In this document: in pieces, positions 28,247 through 38,690 of the stretch
How positions within the stretch are numbered: position 1 is the first letter of the stretch
Layout: each line of letters opens with the position of its first letter
Assembly: GCA_044376115.1 (NCBI GenBank)
Contig: JBILLK010000020.1
Location: forward strand, 1 to 64,000
Reading direction: 5' to 3'
Length of the DNA stretch: 64,000 nucleotides
Source of the DNA: Polyangiaceae bacterium
Lineage (GTDB): Bacteria; Myxococcota_A; Polyangia; Polyangiales; Polyangiaceae
Program-made: the position numbers and the translations under genes
Notes under the pieces: generated by a model
Seen by the model: only the letters and a program-made list of their open reading frames with translations
Databases searched by the model: none
Told to the model about the DNA's origin: nothing

Positions 28247-29863
28247 CTACGGATGGATCAACACCGTCGTACCTTCGCCGGTTTCCTTCTCCACCGTCAC
28301 GCCGTGCCATTCAGCCGGCAACATCGGGGTCGTGAAAAGGAAGACACGCCTCGCGTCGATCGGTGAAAGGTTGATGCAACCGTGGCTGCGCGGCCGACCG
28401 AAGTCTTCATGCCACGGTGCTGCGTGGAGCGCATAGCCACCTTTGAAGTACTGCACCCATGGCACGTCACGCAGCTCGAACTTGTTGTCGACCTCGTTGG
28501 CGTCCATGGTCGTGGTGATGTGCTTCTCGCGAATCTCGAAGGTCCCCGTCGGCGTGGAGAGGGTCTTCTTCGGATCTCCCAGGCCGTCACGCCCCGTGCT
28601 TACCGCTGTAGCGTAAACCGCCTTCTGGCCCTCATAAAGAACGAGGGTCTGTGACTGAATCGATATATCGATCCAGCGCCTGTCGGTCTTGGCGAAGGAC
28701 GGCAGCTTGGACGGCTTTGCGGCTATTGCAATATCGCGTTCGCGGTACCACTCACCGCCCGAAGCCTCGAGTAGGCGGTGCCCGCCGAGGTTGCGGGAGC
28801 GCCCAGTGAGTTGCACCGGGTCCAACTTCGGAATTTCGTCCACCTTGTCGAGCGCTGCGTGACTCAGGTCATACGAGTAAACGCCCTCATGCTTCACAAA
28901 GGCGACGGGCAGTGACCAACCCTCGCGCAGGTTCACACCGTGAAAGGTCGACCCCCGCTCCGGCTTCAGCTTGGACGTTGGAACCAAGCGAGCGTCGGTG
29001 GTCAACGCAAAGCGCCGGTCACCCGGACCGACGAACGTGCCGATCACTGCGATCATCGCTTTGCGAGCGATACGGTTCGTGATCACCGCGTAGTCAGGCA
29101 CCTTGAACGCTGCGATATTCGGGATCTTGCGGCCATCGGCGAAGAACCACGGGGGCTCATCACTCCCGGTTCCGCCGTAAATCTTGTTGTAGTCGAGCGC
29201 CAGCGGCTCGTCGGGCGCAACCCCGACGGTATTGCCGTCAGCATCAAACTCGAGGTCATTCGAGCCGACGGAGAGCGCGTCCCATTTGAGGTGTAGCTTG
29301 TTGTAGCTCCGCAGATGGCGATCGAGCGCCATCTCGTATTGCTCCTGCTCTTTCACCGTCGGGATTCGATAGTAGTTCGGCGCGATCGCGCGCACGAAGG
29401 CGTAGGGGTAAGGGAGCGGTTTGCTCGGGTCGGGCCGCAAGGTCAGCGCGCGAATGATGGGGTGCTCGAGGTCGGTCGTCGCCTCGCCGCTCGCGCACAT
29501 GAACCCGCGCGGCATGATCCGGTACCAACCGCCCTGGCAGTCATCGGTTTTTACCGGCTTGGCCCCTCGAGCAACCGTACCGCCTGCACGCAGGTAACCG
29601 ATCTTGGTGGAGCGCCGGTCGGGCTGAGCAAAGATTGGCGCAGCGAACTCGGCGGCGCCGAGCCGCGGACCGTTGGCCTCAGGAACCAGCTCGGGCGCAT
29701 CGAAGGCCTGGTTGGGCGAGGAACTCTTCGATAGCGCTGGCAGTCCACCGCCGTTGTCGTTCTCCTTCGCAGGCTTTTTGCAACCGACGGCGAGCGTCGC
29801 TGCAAAACTGAGCGCTGTCGCGAGAAACCACCTCCTGGCACGCATGGGCCACCTCATGCCCAA
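28247..29863 (-). CDS. L,D-transpeptidase (YkuD domain) lipoprotein
   Basis: IDISIQSQTL, VSTG, TPTG.F, HAAPWH...SHGCINL. Confidence 0.92.
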   Translation of the reverse strand: MGMRWPMRARRWFLATALSFAATLAVGCKKPAKENDNGGGLPALSKSSSPNQAFDAPELVPEANGPRLGAAEFAAPIFAQPDRRSTKIGYLRAGGTVARGAKPVKTDDCQGGWYRIMPRGFMCASGEATTDLEHPIIRALTLRPDPSKPLPYPYAFVRAIAPNYYRIPTVKEQEQYEMALDRHLRSYNKLHLKWDALSVGSNDLEFDADGNTVGVAPDEPLALDYNKIYGGTGSDEPPWFFADGRKIPNIAAFKVPDYAVITNRIARKAMIAVIGTFVGPGDRRFALTTDARLVPTSKLKPERGSTFHGVNLREGWSLPVAFVKHEGVYSYDLSHAALDKVDEIPKLDPVQLTGRSRNLGGHRLLEASGGEWYRERDIAIAAKPSKLPSFAKTDRRWIDISIQSQTLVLYEGQKAVYATAVSTGRDGLGDPKKTLSTPTGTFEIREKHITTTMDANEVDNKFELRDVPWVQYFKGGYALHAAPWHEDFGRPRSHGCINLSPIDARRVFLFTTPMLPAEWHGVTVEKETGEGTTVLIHP

Positions 29864-29889
29864 GCAGCTTCGAGTGGGCCAACTTTCCG

Positions 29890-30984
29890 CTAGCCGACCA
29901 TGCCCTTGAAACGGCGGAGGTAGTTGATGAACGTGGGGCTAACGGCACGCTCCAGGTATTGCTCCGGCGTGAGGGGGGGCTGATCCGGAACCCAACCGGG
30001 AGTGAGGACGTTGTTCGCCCACGCTGGATTGATGATCGCGGCTCGACCAATCGCCACCATGTCCGCCCCGAGCCCGAGGGCCATCTCGGCGGTCTCGCGC
30101 GTGCCAATCGCGCCTGCGACAATCAATGCAACCTCGCGCGGGAGGGCCGCTCGGAACATCGGGATCGGGTGTCGCGTCGGCTCCTTCTTGGTTAGCCGCT
30201 TTATGTCCCATAGCGAGATATGCACATAGTCCGCGCCGTCCTCCGCGAGCCGAGCCGCAACCTGGAGGCTCTCGTCGAGATCGAGCCCGCGGGCGTAACC
30301 AAAGTCTTCTGGGGAGATGCGCACACCGAGCACGGCGTTAGGAATCGCAGAGCGGGTCGCCCGGACGATCTCACCGACAAACCGATAGCGAGCAGCGGCA
30401 CTGCCGCCGTAAGCGTCCTCGCGCGTGTTCATCGTACTGCTGAGGAATTGGCTCAAGAGGTAGCCATGGGCGGCGTGCAACTCGACGCCAGCGAAGCCGT
30501 GCGCCACCACCCGCTTCGCCGCATCGACGAAGTCCTGCTGAATGGCGGGGATCTCCTCGCTGGACAAAGCGCGCGGTGGTTCAAAGTTCTCCTCGGTCGA
30601 GGAAAAGGCCGACGCACTCTTCGGCTGCACCCCGGTCAGGCGGGAGGGCGACCTCACTCCGCCGTGGTAGAGCTGCACGAGTCCAAGCGCGCCCGCTGCA
30701 GCGATGGCCCGCGCAAGCGGCTCGACACGAGCGCCTTGCTCGGCGGTTGCAACTCCCAACTGCCCATCAAAGCCTTTACCTTCTGCCGTAACGTAGGCGG
30801 CGCAGGTGGTGATGATGCCAAACCCGCCTTGTGCCCGCCGCTCGAGCCAACGAGCTTCATCGTCGCTCAAGAGGCCATCATCACCGCTTTGCTGATTGGT
30901 GAGCGCAGCGAGAGCCATGCGGTTCTTCGACACGACACCACAGCGAAAGCGCAGCTCATCCGATAGTTCGACTGGCTTGTTCAT
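29890..30984 (-). CDS. NADH:flavin oxidoreductase (Old Yellow Enzyme family)
   Basis: KNRMALAALT, QLYHGG, ELHAAHGYLLSQF, N.RED.YGGS. Confidence 0.93.
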   Translation of the reverse strand: MNKPVELSDELRFRCGVVSKNRMALAALTNQQSGDDGLLSDDEARWLERRAQGGFGIITTCAAYVTAEGKGFDGQLGVATAEQGARVEPLARAIAAAGALGLVQLYHGGVRSPSRLTGVQPKSASAFSSTEENFEPPRALSSEEIPAIQQDFVDAAKRVVAHGFAGVELHAAHGYLLSQFLSSTMNTREDAYGGSAAARYRFVGEIVRATRSAIPNAVLGVRISPEDFGYARGLDLDESLQVAARLAEDGADYVHISLWDIKRLTKKEPTRHPIPMFRAALPREVALIVAGAIGTRETAEMALGLGADMVAIGRAAIINPAWANNVLTPGWVPDQPPLTPEQYLERAVSPTFINYLRRFKGMVG

Positions 30985-30996
30985 AGAGTGCAGAGC

Positions 30997-31869
30997 TCAG
31001 AGCGCGTTGGTCGCAAGACCATGGGTAAAGTCAACAACCGCGCGAATCATCGCTTCACGGTGATAAGGCGAAAAGTATGTATGGTCGGCGTCCGCCAGGT
31101 ACTGCACTCGGACGCCGCGTCCACGCAAGTTGGGGAACATCTCGTCGAACTGGCGCTCATCGACGAAGTCCGACCAGCCGCCGGTGTAAACGAAAAGACT
31201 GCGAACGCCCCGCTCGACGAGCGATGAAAGCTCCGCCCTCGCTTGCTGCGCGTCGGGCCAGTCGGTGAAGTACTCATCCGCCTCCGTTGCGGCGGCGGGA
31301 GCTTCTGGCGCCCCAGCAAGGCGTTGGCGCACGCTTTCGGCGAAGCGGCCCGCGATCGCAGGCCAGCCGCGTGGCGCCAGCGCCTTACGCAACAGTGCCT
31401 GCCAATAATAGATAGGCGTGCGATAGGCGTAGGAGTCGAGCATCACCAGCGCTTCCACCCGCGGATCGCCGAGCGCCACCTTGTGACTCTCGAGCGCGCC
31501 GTAGCAGATACCGCCAAGAATGAAGCGGTTGATACCGTAGACCTTCGTCAGGTGGTCCATCGCAGCAGCCACCTCGGCGCGAACTTGCTCCATGCGTAAA
31601 GCGCCCGGTTCCGGGGCTGGGCCGTCGCCAACGCCAACATGGTCCATTCTCAGCGCCAAGGTGCCTGAATCAGCCACTCGACGCGCAAGCTCTACATAGG
31701 CCCGGTAGGGCCCCACGCGGTGAATCAGCCCGGAGTTGAGCAAGATAAAGGCATAAGGACTCGTGCTGGCTCCGTTCGGAGGTAACGAGGCAATGCCAAA
31801 GAGCTGCTGCTCTTTACCGAATAGCTGCACCACCTCGGAGACGGGCTGGCTGGTCCCCTGCGGAGTCAT
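30997..31869 (-). CDS. alpha/beta hydrolase (exosortase-associated hydrolase-1-like)
   Basis: HRVGPYR, GVGDG, GGICYG with Cys at the elbow, ADHTY. Confidence 0.8.
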   Translation of the reverse strand: MTPQGTSQPVSEVVQLFGKEQQLFGIASLPPNGASTSPYAFILLNSGLIHRVGPYRAYVELARRVADSGTLALRMDHVGVGDGPAPEPGALRMEQVRAEVAAAMDHLTKVYGINRFILGGICYGALESHKVALGDPRVEALVMLDSYAYRTPIYYWQALLRKALAPRGWPAIAGRFAESVRQRLAGAPEAPAAATEADEYFTDWPDAQQARAELSSLVERGVRSLFVYTGGWSDFVDERQFDEMFPNLRGRGVRVQYLADADHTYFSPYHREAMIRAVVDFTHGLATNAL

Positions 31870-32666
31870 GAGGCTCCTTGCGGGCTGAGCGCGGACACCA
31901 CACTCGCGGGCAAATTCGCGGAAAGCACGCGCTCTTCAACCGCGGAGGCAAGCTCCCACGCCGAGGTGATCGCGACCTGCGTAAGCGTGTTTGGAACGCC
32001 AGCTCCCGTGAGCCTATCGCTGTAGCTACGCGCCGCCTCGCGGGAGCCAGACTCGAGCAGGGTCACCCGCACGTTGGCCAAGTCCAACAGCGAACTCGGC
32101 TCGAGGCCGCGCACCTGATTGATGAAGTCATCCGAGACCTGGAAGCCAACGAGTTCGTGCGCAGCGTCGTGTGGCGTTGTCGGCCGCTGCCAATATCGTT
32201 TGGGGTCCGCGGTCGTCTCGGAGTGGATCGCCTGCTGGCTACGCAGATAAGCGGCACCGTCCAAAACGGCGTCGAGCGCGAGCACATGGGAGGCCTTGAC
32301 CTGCCGCGCCGCACGCAACGCGATGGTGGCGCCCACCCGAACACCAAACAGCGACAACTTCTTTATCCCGCTCAGATCACGTAGCTCGGTACTCGCCTGA
32401 GCGAGGTCTTCATTCCAGCGGGCGAGCGTCGCTTGTTCATAGCTCCCCGCTGAATCTCCGACGCCAAACCAGTCGAAGCGCAGCGTGTGATAGCCCGCTC
32501 GCACCAGCGCAGCTGAAACCTGTTTCATCAGGCTGTGAGTGCGCACGTGCTCCTGCGCGACGGGTGGACAGAGCACCACGCCGTGGCCCTTCGCGCTCCT
32601 ATCACTGGGCTCTTCGAAGATCCCGAACAACGGGCTCGCCGAACGGCCAAAGAACATCGGCCTCAC
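31866..32666 (-). CDS. alpha/beta hydrolase-fold protein (exosortase-associated hydrolase-2-like)
   Basis: VVLCPP, LRFDWFGVGDSAG, GVRVGA with Arg at the nucleophile elbow. Confidence 0.8.
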   Translation of the reverse strand: MRPMFFGRSASPLFGIFEEPSDRSAKGHGVVLCPPVAQEHVRTHSLMKQVSAALVRAGYHTLRFDWFGVGDSAGSYEQATLARWNEDLAQASTELRDLSGIKKLSLFGVRVGATIALRAARQVKASHVLALDAVLDGAAYLRSQQAIHSETTADPKRYWQRPTTPHDAAHELVGFQVSDDFINQVRGLEPSSLLDLANVRVTLLESGSREAARSYSDRLTGAGVPNTLTQVAITSAWELASAVEERVLSANLPASVVSALSPQGAS

Positions 32667-32848
32667 GGGGCGACGTGCTCAAGAGCGGAGGGGGATGACC
32701 CATGGCCGGCCGACACGGGAAACCTCTTACTCGGCGTCATTCTCGCGTCAATTGGGGCTACCCGCCGTTGATTTTTGGGGCCTGGTGTCGGCTCAGCTTG
32801 CGCACGAAATTGGACCGTGCGACAAGGCTTGAGTGCCTTCGGGCGCAA

Positions 32849-32922
32849 GCGACACTAGCTCAGTTGGATAGAGCGCTGCCCTCCGAAGGCAGAGGTCGCA
32901 GGTTCGACTCCTGCGTGTCGCG
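32849..32922 (+). tRNA. tRNA-Arg(CCG), CCA not encoded
   Basis: acceptor GCGACAC/GTGTCGC; D arm GCTCAGTTGGATAGAGC; anticodon arm CTGCC-CTCCGAA-GGCAG; T arm GCAGG-TTCGACT-CCTGC. Confidence 0.97.
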
Positions 32923-32978
32923 CTGACGGTCATAGCTTGCAGCTTGCTCCCGGGCCGTGCGTCTTCTACCTCCCGGGG

Positions 32979-35900
32979 ATGATGAAGACGGCGAACGCTC
33001 CCTTCTTGATTATCGGGGCATTGGCGTGCACGGCATGCACAGCGGAGTCGTCGTTCGAGGCGCTTCAGAGAGCCTCGCAAGCGAGTACCGACGAGAAGGT
33101 TGAGGCCTATTTTGTCGTGCTCGAGGGAGGCGGAGCGGTAGCTCAAATTCCTCAGGGCATGGATCCGCGATCTGCGGAGGCGACGAGGCTGAGCAGGAAA
33201 CGGCTTGCTGAGATCGATAAACAGCAGCGTGATCTCGAGCAAAAGCTGGAGGCTGCCGGGGCCAAGACCATCGCCCGCATCTCCCGCCTGGCCAACGTGG
33301 TGCAAGTGCTGACCGACGCACGCGGCGCTGGCGTCATCGAGCAGCTCGCCGGTGTGGTTCGTGTCGAGCGCGCGCCCGTCTTCTACCCCGAACTCAATTC
33401 CGCCGTACCCGTAACGGGCGCACCGAGCGTTTGGGCCGGCACGCCTGGCTACGCGGGCGACGGAGTGACCATCGGCATCATCGACTCGGGCATCGACTAC
33501 ACCCACGCAGACTTCGCTGGCGTTGGGACCAGTGCCAACTACGACGGCAACGACCCGACCGTGCTCGAACCGGGAAGCTTCCCGACGCAGAAGGTCGTTG
33601 GTGGCTGGGACTTCGCAGGCGATAGCTACGACGCCGAGAACTCGCCTGTACCGCAACCCGACGCGGATCCGCTCGATTGTGCAACGACCATTGGCCAACA
33701 GATCTCCGGAGGCCACGGCACGCACGTCGCTGGGATCGCCGCTGGAACAGGGGTTTTGAGCGACGGATCGAGCTTCCTCGGCCCCTACGACCAGAGCCTC
33801 GGCGCGCAAGCCTTCCGCGTGAGTCCCGGTGTGGCGCCCGCAGCGAGCCTCTACGGACTAAAGGTGTTCGGCTGTCAGGGTGCCTCAACGCTCCTTGGCG
33901 CAGCCCTCGACCGGGCCGCGGATCCCAACATGGATGGCAGCTTCGATGACCGCCTGGACATCGTCAATGCTTCGCTCGGCACCCCCTACGCTCTTGGTAC
34001 TTCGGTCACGGGGGAACTCGTTACTGGCTTGAGCCGCGTCGGCACTTTGCTCGTCGCAGCCGCGGGCAACGAGGGCCAGAGCTTCTTCGTCACCGGGTCC
34101 CCCGCGTCCTACCCCGAGGCCCTCTCGGTGGCCGCTAGCGTGGACAATCGGCTCATCAATCTAAAGGTAACTGCTCCCCCCTCGGCTTTTGCAGAGTATC
34201 CCGCGGCTGAGGCTGTCTTTACCGCGCGGCTCGCTGCGGTTGGGCCGGTCAGCGCACCGTTGGTACTCGCGGCTCCGGCCTTGGGCTGCACGCCGTTCAG
34301 CAACGCAGCCGAGATAGCGGGCAATATCGCATTAATCGATCGAGGAACCTGCCCATTCGTCGATAAATTCGCCAATGCAGTAGCGGCCGGAGCTGTCGCC
34401 GTGATCGTCGTGGACAATGAGGCGATGGCGCTACCGTTCTCGATGGACGGTGCCATCGGGGCATCGCCCATTCCTGGCGTAATGGTTCGACTCAGCGACG
34501 GCGGGGCACTCAAGACGGGTCTCCAGGCCGGCCCTATCGAGATCACGCTGGACGCCGCTGACCCCTATAGCGGTATCGGTTCAGAGTTCATCGCCGACTT
34601 TAGCTCACGCGGGCCGAGCGCAGCGGACGCCCGGCTCAAGCCAGAGATCACCGCCCCTGGAGTGGCCATTGATTCCGCCGCGGTGGGAACGGGCTCCGCT
34701 GCTGTCAGCAATCAAGGGACGAGTATGGCAAGCCCCATCGTTGCAGGTGCAGCCGCCCTCGCCCGCCAAGCCCACCCGAGCTTCGGACCTTACGAACTGA
34801 AGGCTAACCTCATGAACGGCGCAGCCAACGTGCGCGACCTGACAGGGCTCGTGTACGGGACCTCGGTCGTCGGAGCCGGTCGGGTCGATATCGCGCGTTC
34901 GGCAAAAGCTGAGGTAACGGCTGCTGCAGCCCCCAATACTGGCGAGGTTGGGGTCTCCTTCGGCACGATCATCGCGCTCGAGCCGACCGAGGTGACGCGT
35001 GACTTCGTCGTCACCAATCACGGCAGCGAGCCGGCTTCGCTCACGGCGGAGGTGATTCCAACCTTCAGTCGCGACGGCGTTCAAGTAAACGTAGCGCCCA
35101 AGCAGCTCGATCTAGCTTCGGGGGAGGCGGGCACGATGACTCTGACGCTGCTCGTCGATCCAGTCGCCCTCGGCAACCCCGGACCGGACCCGGGGACGCC
35201 GGCCTTACAGGGCAATCAAACCCCGCTACCACGCCACTATCTCAATCAGGCGAGCGGCCTCGTTCGGCTGGCCCAAGCGGAGCACGAAGACGTGGTGCTG
35301 CCATACACGGGAAGCCTGCGCGCTGCCGTTGACCTGCATGGCGTGGCGCCCTCATCCTGCGAGGACGCCCCTGAAGCGGATAGCGCAATAGAGGTGGCCA
35401 TCGAAGGCGACGGACCTCACCCGAGCCCAGTCGTCAGCGCATTCCAACTCGCGGCGCTGGACGACGAGGACGAAGACGCCGCGAGCAACCCCGTCGTAGC
35501 GATGACCGATATCCGCGCCGTTGGTATCGCGACGAACCTCGCTACAGCCGCGACCTTCGACGATGCGCAAGTCTTCTTTGGCATTGCGGTGTCAGGCGCT
35601 TGGTCCACGCCGGCGCGAGGTCCGTTGAGCGTCGTAACCGTAGGCATCGACGCCGACCAAACAGGCCCCGACGAGTACGAAATCCGGGTTGAAGCGCGCA
35701 ATCCCGATCCGCCCTACCGCGATGTGTTGATGGCTAGCACCTATGACCTTACCAGCGGGGAACGAATCGCCAGGTACCCGCTAAACGTATTGACTCCGGA
35801 TGTTGCCCAAACGAGCCCGTTCAATAGCAGCGTCTTGGTGTTGAGCGCGCGGATGGTGGAGCTAGGCCTCAACCCGGACGCGCCTGCGTTCGACTGGGCC

Positions 35901-36689
35901 GTATCGAGCGAACGACCGGATCTCGTGATCTCGAGCGACACCGCCAAGGGGTCCTTCGACCCAGCTCAACTCGTGATCGACGCGACGAGCTTTGGGCTCG
36001 AGAGCTCGCCGATGTTCGTGGGCAAAGGCCCCATCTCGGTCAAGGTTTCCGCAGCAGCAAGGGCTGCGCGAGGCCCGCTCGATCTGCTCCTGCTCCACCA
36101 CACGAACCCGATCGGAAAACAATGGGAGGTCGTCAGCCTTGCGCGCAGCGCGCCTGGAAATATCGCGCTAACGGTAGATGGGCCTCTGCAACCGGTAGCG
36201 CCCACTGAGCCGATCGAGGCCAGCTTCTCCGTCAGCTACGCGGGCGCTACGGCCGCTGGCCAAACCCGCTTCAGCGGCACCGTGACCGGCGCTACTGTTC
36301 TATCTGCCTCCACCTCACAAGGCAGCTGTACGGGCGGCGCCGTGCTCGACTGCAGCCTCGGAGAACTAGAGCCCGACGCGCTCGTGACGGTGGTTGCGCA
36401 ACTATCTCCCAACGAAGGGCAGGAGAGCGTTCTCATCATTGGCGCTGTCACAAGCGAGCTTGGCTGCGAGGCCTCTTCCCTCGACAACGAAGCTACGTTG
36501 GAGGTGAGCCTCGCGTCTAAGCCCATTGAACCAGGCGACGAGCTGCAAGTTGCTGGGGGCTGTACCTGCGAGGCCGCCACCTCGCGAGGGACCCGGGCCG
36601 CGTGGTTACCGGTGGTCGCCTTCGGCGCGCTCGCGGCGCTACGGCACCGCCGCAAAGATGCGCAAAAAGGGCGTGCACGCAGCGCCTGA
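32979..36689 (+). CDS. S8 subtilase with PA domain, Ig/Fn3-like and DUF11-like domains, MYXO-CTERM tail
   Basis: IIDSG, HGTHVAG, AAGN, GTSMASP; RGTCPF PA motif; GGCTC...hydrophobic...RHRRK tail. Confidence 0.93.
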   Translation: MMKTANAPFLIIGALACTACTAESSFEALQRASQASTDEKVEAYFVVLEGGGAVAQIPQGMDPRSAEATRLSRKRLAEIDKQQRDLEQKLEAAGAKTIARISRLANVVQVLTDARGAGVIEQLAGVVRVERAPVFYPELNSAVPVTGAPSVWAGTPGYAGDGVTIGIIDSGIDYTHADFAGVGTSANYDGNDPTVLEPGSFPTQKVVGGWDFAGDSYDAENSPVPQPDADPLDCATTIGQQISGGHGTHVAGIAAGTGVLSDGSSFLGPYDQSLGAQAFRVSPGVAPAASLYGLKVFGCQGASTLLGAALDRAADPNMDGSFDDRLDIVNASLGTPYALGTSVTGELVTGLSRVGTLLVAAAGNEGQSFFVTGSPASYPEALSVAASVDNRLINLKVTAPPSAFAEYPAAEAVFTARLAAVGPVSAPLVLAAPALGCTPFSNAAEIAGNIALIDRGTCPFVDKFANAVAAGAVAVIVVDNEAMALPFSMDGAIGASPIPGVMVRLSDGGALKTGLQAGPIEITLDAADPYSGIGSEFIADFSSRGPSAADARLKPEITAPGVAIDSAAVGTGSAAVSNQGTSMASPIVAGAAALARQAHPSFGPYELKANLMNGAANVRDLTGLVYGTSVVGAGRVDIARSAKAEVTAAAAPNTGEVGVSFGTIIALEPTEVTRDFVVTNHGSEPASLTAEVIPTFSRDGVQVNVAPKQLDLASGEAGTMTLTLLVDPVALGNPGPDPGTPALQGNQTPLPRHYLNQASGLVRLAQAEHEDVVLPYTGSLRAAVDLHGVAPSSCEDAPEADSAIEVAIEGDGPHPSPVVSAFQLAALDDEDEDAASNPVVAMTDIRAVGIATNLATAATFDDAQVFFGIAVSGAWSTPARGPLSVVTVGIDADQTGPDEYEIRVEARNPDPPYRDVLMASTYDLTSGERIARYPLNVLTPDVAQTSPFNSSVLVLSARMVELGLNPDAPAFDWAVSSERPDLVISSDTAKGSFDPAQLVIDATSFGLESSPMFVGKGPISVKVSAAARAARGPLDLLLLHHTNPIGKQWEVVSLARSAPGNIALTVDGPLQPVAPTEPIEASFSVSYAGATAAGQTRFSGTVTGATVLSASTSQGSCTGGAVLDCSLGELEPDALVTVVAQLSPNEGQESVLIIGAVTSELGCEASSLDNEATLEVSLASKPIEPGDELQVAGGCTCEAATSRGTRAAWLPVVAFGALAALRHRRKDAQKGRARSA

Positions 36690-36706
36690 CGTCGCTAAGA
36701 AAGAGT

Positions 36707-38230
36707 ATGCGCCACTTCACCCTTAGCCTGCTATTCGTCGTCAACTGTAACAGTTACTCCTTTGAGTTTGGTCAAGCGACCAGCGCTGGAGGAGACGGCG
36801 GAGTTGGTGGAACAGGCGCCGCGGCCGCCGGCGGTGAAGGTGGCGAGGGCGGCACCGGCGGGGTCGATCCGCTGCTCGAAGGTGCCCCCCAAGCGGACGT
36901 CAGCGTTGCCGAGCACTCCGTCGACGTCTTTGGGAAAGATGGCAATCGCTTTTGGTTCGCGGTCCGCCCTGAGCAGGTCGAGCTGATGAACCAGAAAGAC
37001 GGCGGTGGTTTCGGGGATATCTACACGCCAGGCGCCGGAGGGGATGACGCAACGTTCGTTGATTACCTGCTTGTATCGTCGGTTGATGAGCCGCCTCACA
37101 CGGCGAACTACGGAAAGGTCGAGGTCAAAGTCATCGGTGAATCCACGTTCAGGCCGTGGACGCCCGAGTCGATCCCCAACTTGCGGGTCGATATGGACCA
37201 GTTCACCGACGGGCTCGAGGTTGGCGGCGTTGAGCATTTACGCTTCAACAACGGCTTGGTTGGCTCGATCTATCGAGAATTGATCGCGTTTGAGGTTTAC
37301 CGAGGGCTTGGGTATCCGGCTCCCCGGGCCAGCTTCGCTTGGGTTGGGAGCAACGTTTGGGGGCCCAACGTTCAGATCCCCTACACCTTGACGGAGGTCT
37401 ACAAGACAGACTTCTGTACGGCAAATAGTGAGTTATTAGGCGGCGGTTGCCCCAATATGTTCGAGTTCGTCGGGGACATCCCGTTCACTGACTTCGACGA
37501 CCCCAACAACTGCCAGATCCAGACGTGCAACGGCACGCGCCTCGAGGAGCTCGGCGCGATCATCAGCAGCACACCGCCTGGCGCTGGCTTCAAGGCAGCA
37601 ACGGAGGCTTACCTCGATTGGGATTCGGTGCATCGTTTCCAGTGCCTCTCTTGGATTCTTTGGACAGGCGATGACGCCTTTCACAACACAAACAACGTCG
37701 TGCTGCTCGAGAAGGAGGACGGCCGTTATATCTATCTGCCTTACTCCGTCGACATCAGCGGCGGCCAAGAGTGGTATCAATTCACGCCGCTCTACGGCAT
37801 GAACAGCGTCGCCAATGGGTGCCAATCGGATCCGGAGTGCTGGGCAGACACGATCGCCACCTGCGAGGACACCATCGCGGACTTCATCGCGCTCGACCCT
37901 GCAGCGCTGGTGGATTCGGTGCACGAGAGACTGGTGGCGCAGGACATGCTGCGACCTGGGGACGAGGAACGCTACACGACCATCCGCAACTGGTACGCGC
38001 AGCGAACCCTGGATCTGCTGCCGGAGCTAGATCAATACCGCGCAGTTCCGTGCCTCGATCCCAACGTAAAGTGCGGTGATGCGGACGAGTGTATACCTGT
38101 CTTTGAGTGCAATCCCGTATGCGAAGGTGCGGACATTCCGTGCGGTCCCGTTTGCCAACAGGAATGTTTTGAATGCCCGTTTCCGTTCTCTTGGTGCGTA
38201 GACGGTTCATGCCGCGGGCAATGCTTCTGA
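36707..38230 (+). CDS. CotH-kinase-family secreted protein with a Cys-rich tail
   Basis: KVIGESTF, LRVD, LRFNN, RELIAFEVYRGLGYPAPR, D...NNVVL, PYSVD. Confidence 0.75.
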   Translation: MRHFTLSLLFVVNCNSYSFEFGQATSAGGDGGVGGTGAAAAGGEGGEGGTGGVDPLLEGAPQADVSVAEHSVDVFGKDGNRFWFAVRPEQVELMNQKDGGGFGDIYTPGAGGDDATFVDYLLVSSVDEPPHTANYGKVEVKVIGESTFRPWTPESIPNLRVDMDQFTDGLEVGGVEHLRFNNGLVGSIYRELIAFEVYRGLGYPAPRASFAWVGSNVWGPNVQIPYTLTEVYKTDFCTANSELLGGGCPNMFEFVGDIPFTDFDDPNNCQIQTCNGTRLEELGAIISSTPPGAGFKAATEAYLDWDSVHRFQCLSWILWTGDDAFHNTNNVVLLEKEDGRYIYLPYSVDISGGQEWYQFTPLYGMNSVANGCQSDPECWADTIATCEDTIADFIALDPAALVDSVHERLVAQDMLRPGDEERYTTIRNWYAQRTLDLLPELDQYRAVPCLDPNVKCGDADECIPVFECNPVCEGADIPCGPVCQQECFECPFPFSWCVDGSCRGQCF

Positions 38231-38231
38231 T

Positions 38232-38669
38232 CTAGCTTTGCTCGCCGCGCCTCAATACCCAGACGGACGAGCCCAGGCCCACGAGTAGCGCCAAAGCGCC
38301 CGCCGGTAGAAAGGCGATCCAAGGGCCTGGATCGCCATCCACCGCGCCAATGGCTCCCAGCAGGAAGCCCAGCGGGATCAAGACTTGCGCCAGTAGCATC
38401 GCCCCGGGACGAACAGACTCGAGCAGCACGGGGTACGCTTTGCCAGCCAACGCAAATCCTAGTTGCATGAGCGACAGCACGGTTCCGTGAGCGTGCGCCA
38501 ATCGCAGCAACATACGCCGCGTCTCGTTCTGGACGTGCAGATAGCCCATCCACTTAAAGGCGTGAAACGCCTCTAGCAGAACGCCAAGTAAGACAAACAG
38601 GAAGAGCCCGCCCAGCGCAGCGCGCAATTGCCGGAGTACCAGCGTCTCCCGCTTCTCCAATTCAAGCAT
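38232..38669 (-). CDS. small 4-TM membrane protein
   Basis: four hydrophobic segments; LAHAHG motif. Confidence 0.75.
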   Translation of the reverse strand: MLELEKRETLVLRQLRAALGGLFLFVLLGVLLEAFHAFKWMGYLHVQNETRRMLLRLAHAHGTVLSLMQLGFALAGKAYPVLLESVRPGAMLLAQVLIPLGFLLGAIGAVDGDPGPWIAFLPAGALALLVGLGSSVWVLRRGEQS

Positions 38670-38690
38670 GGGCGTCTTCTTCTCTCCTCG

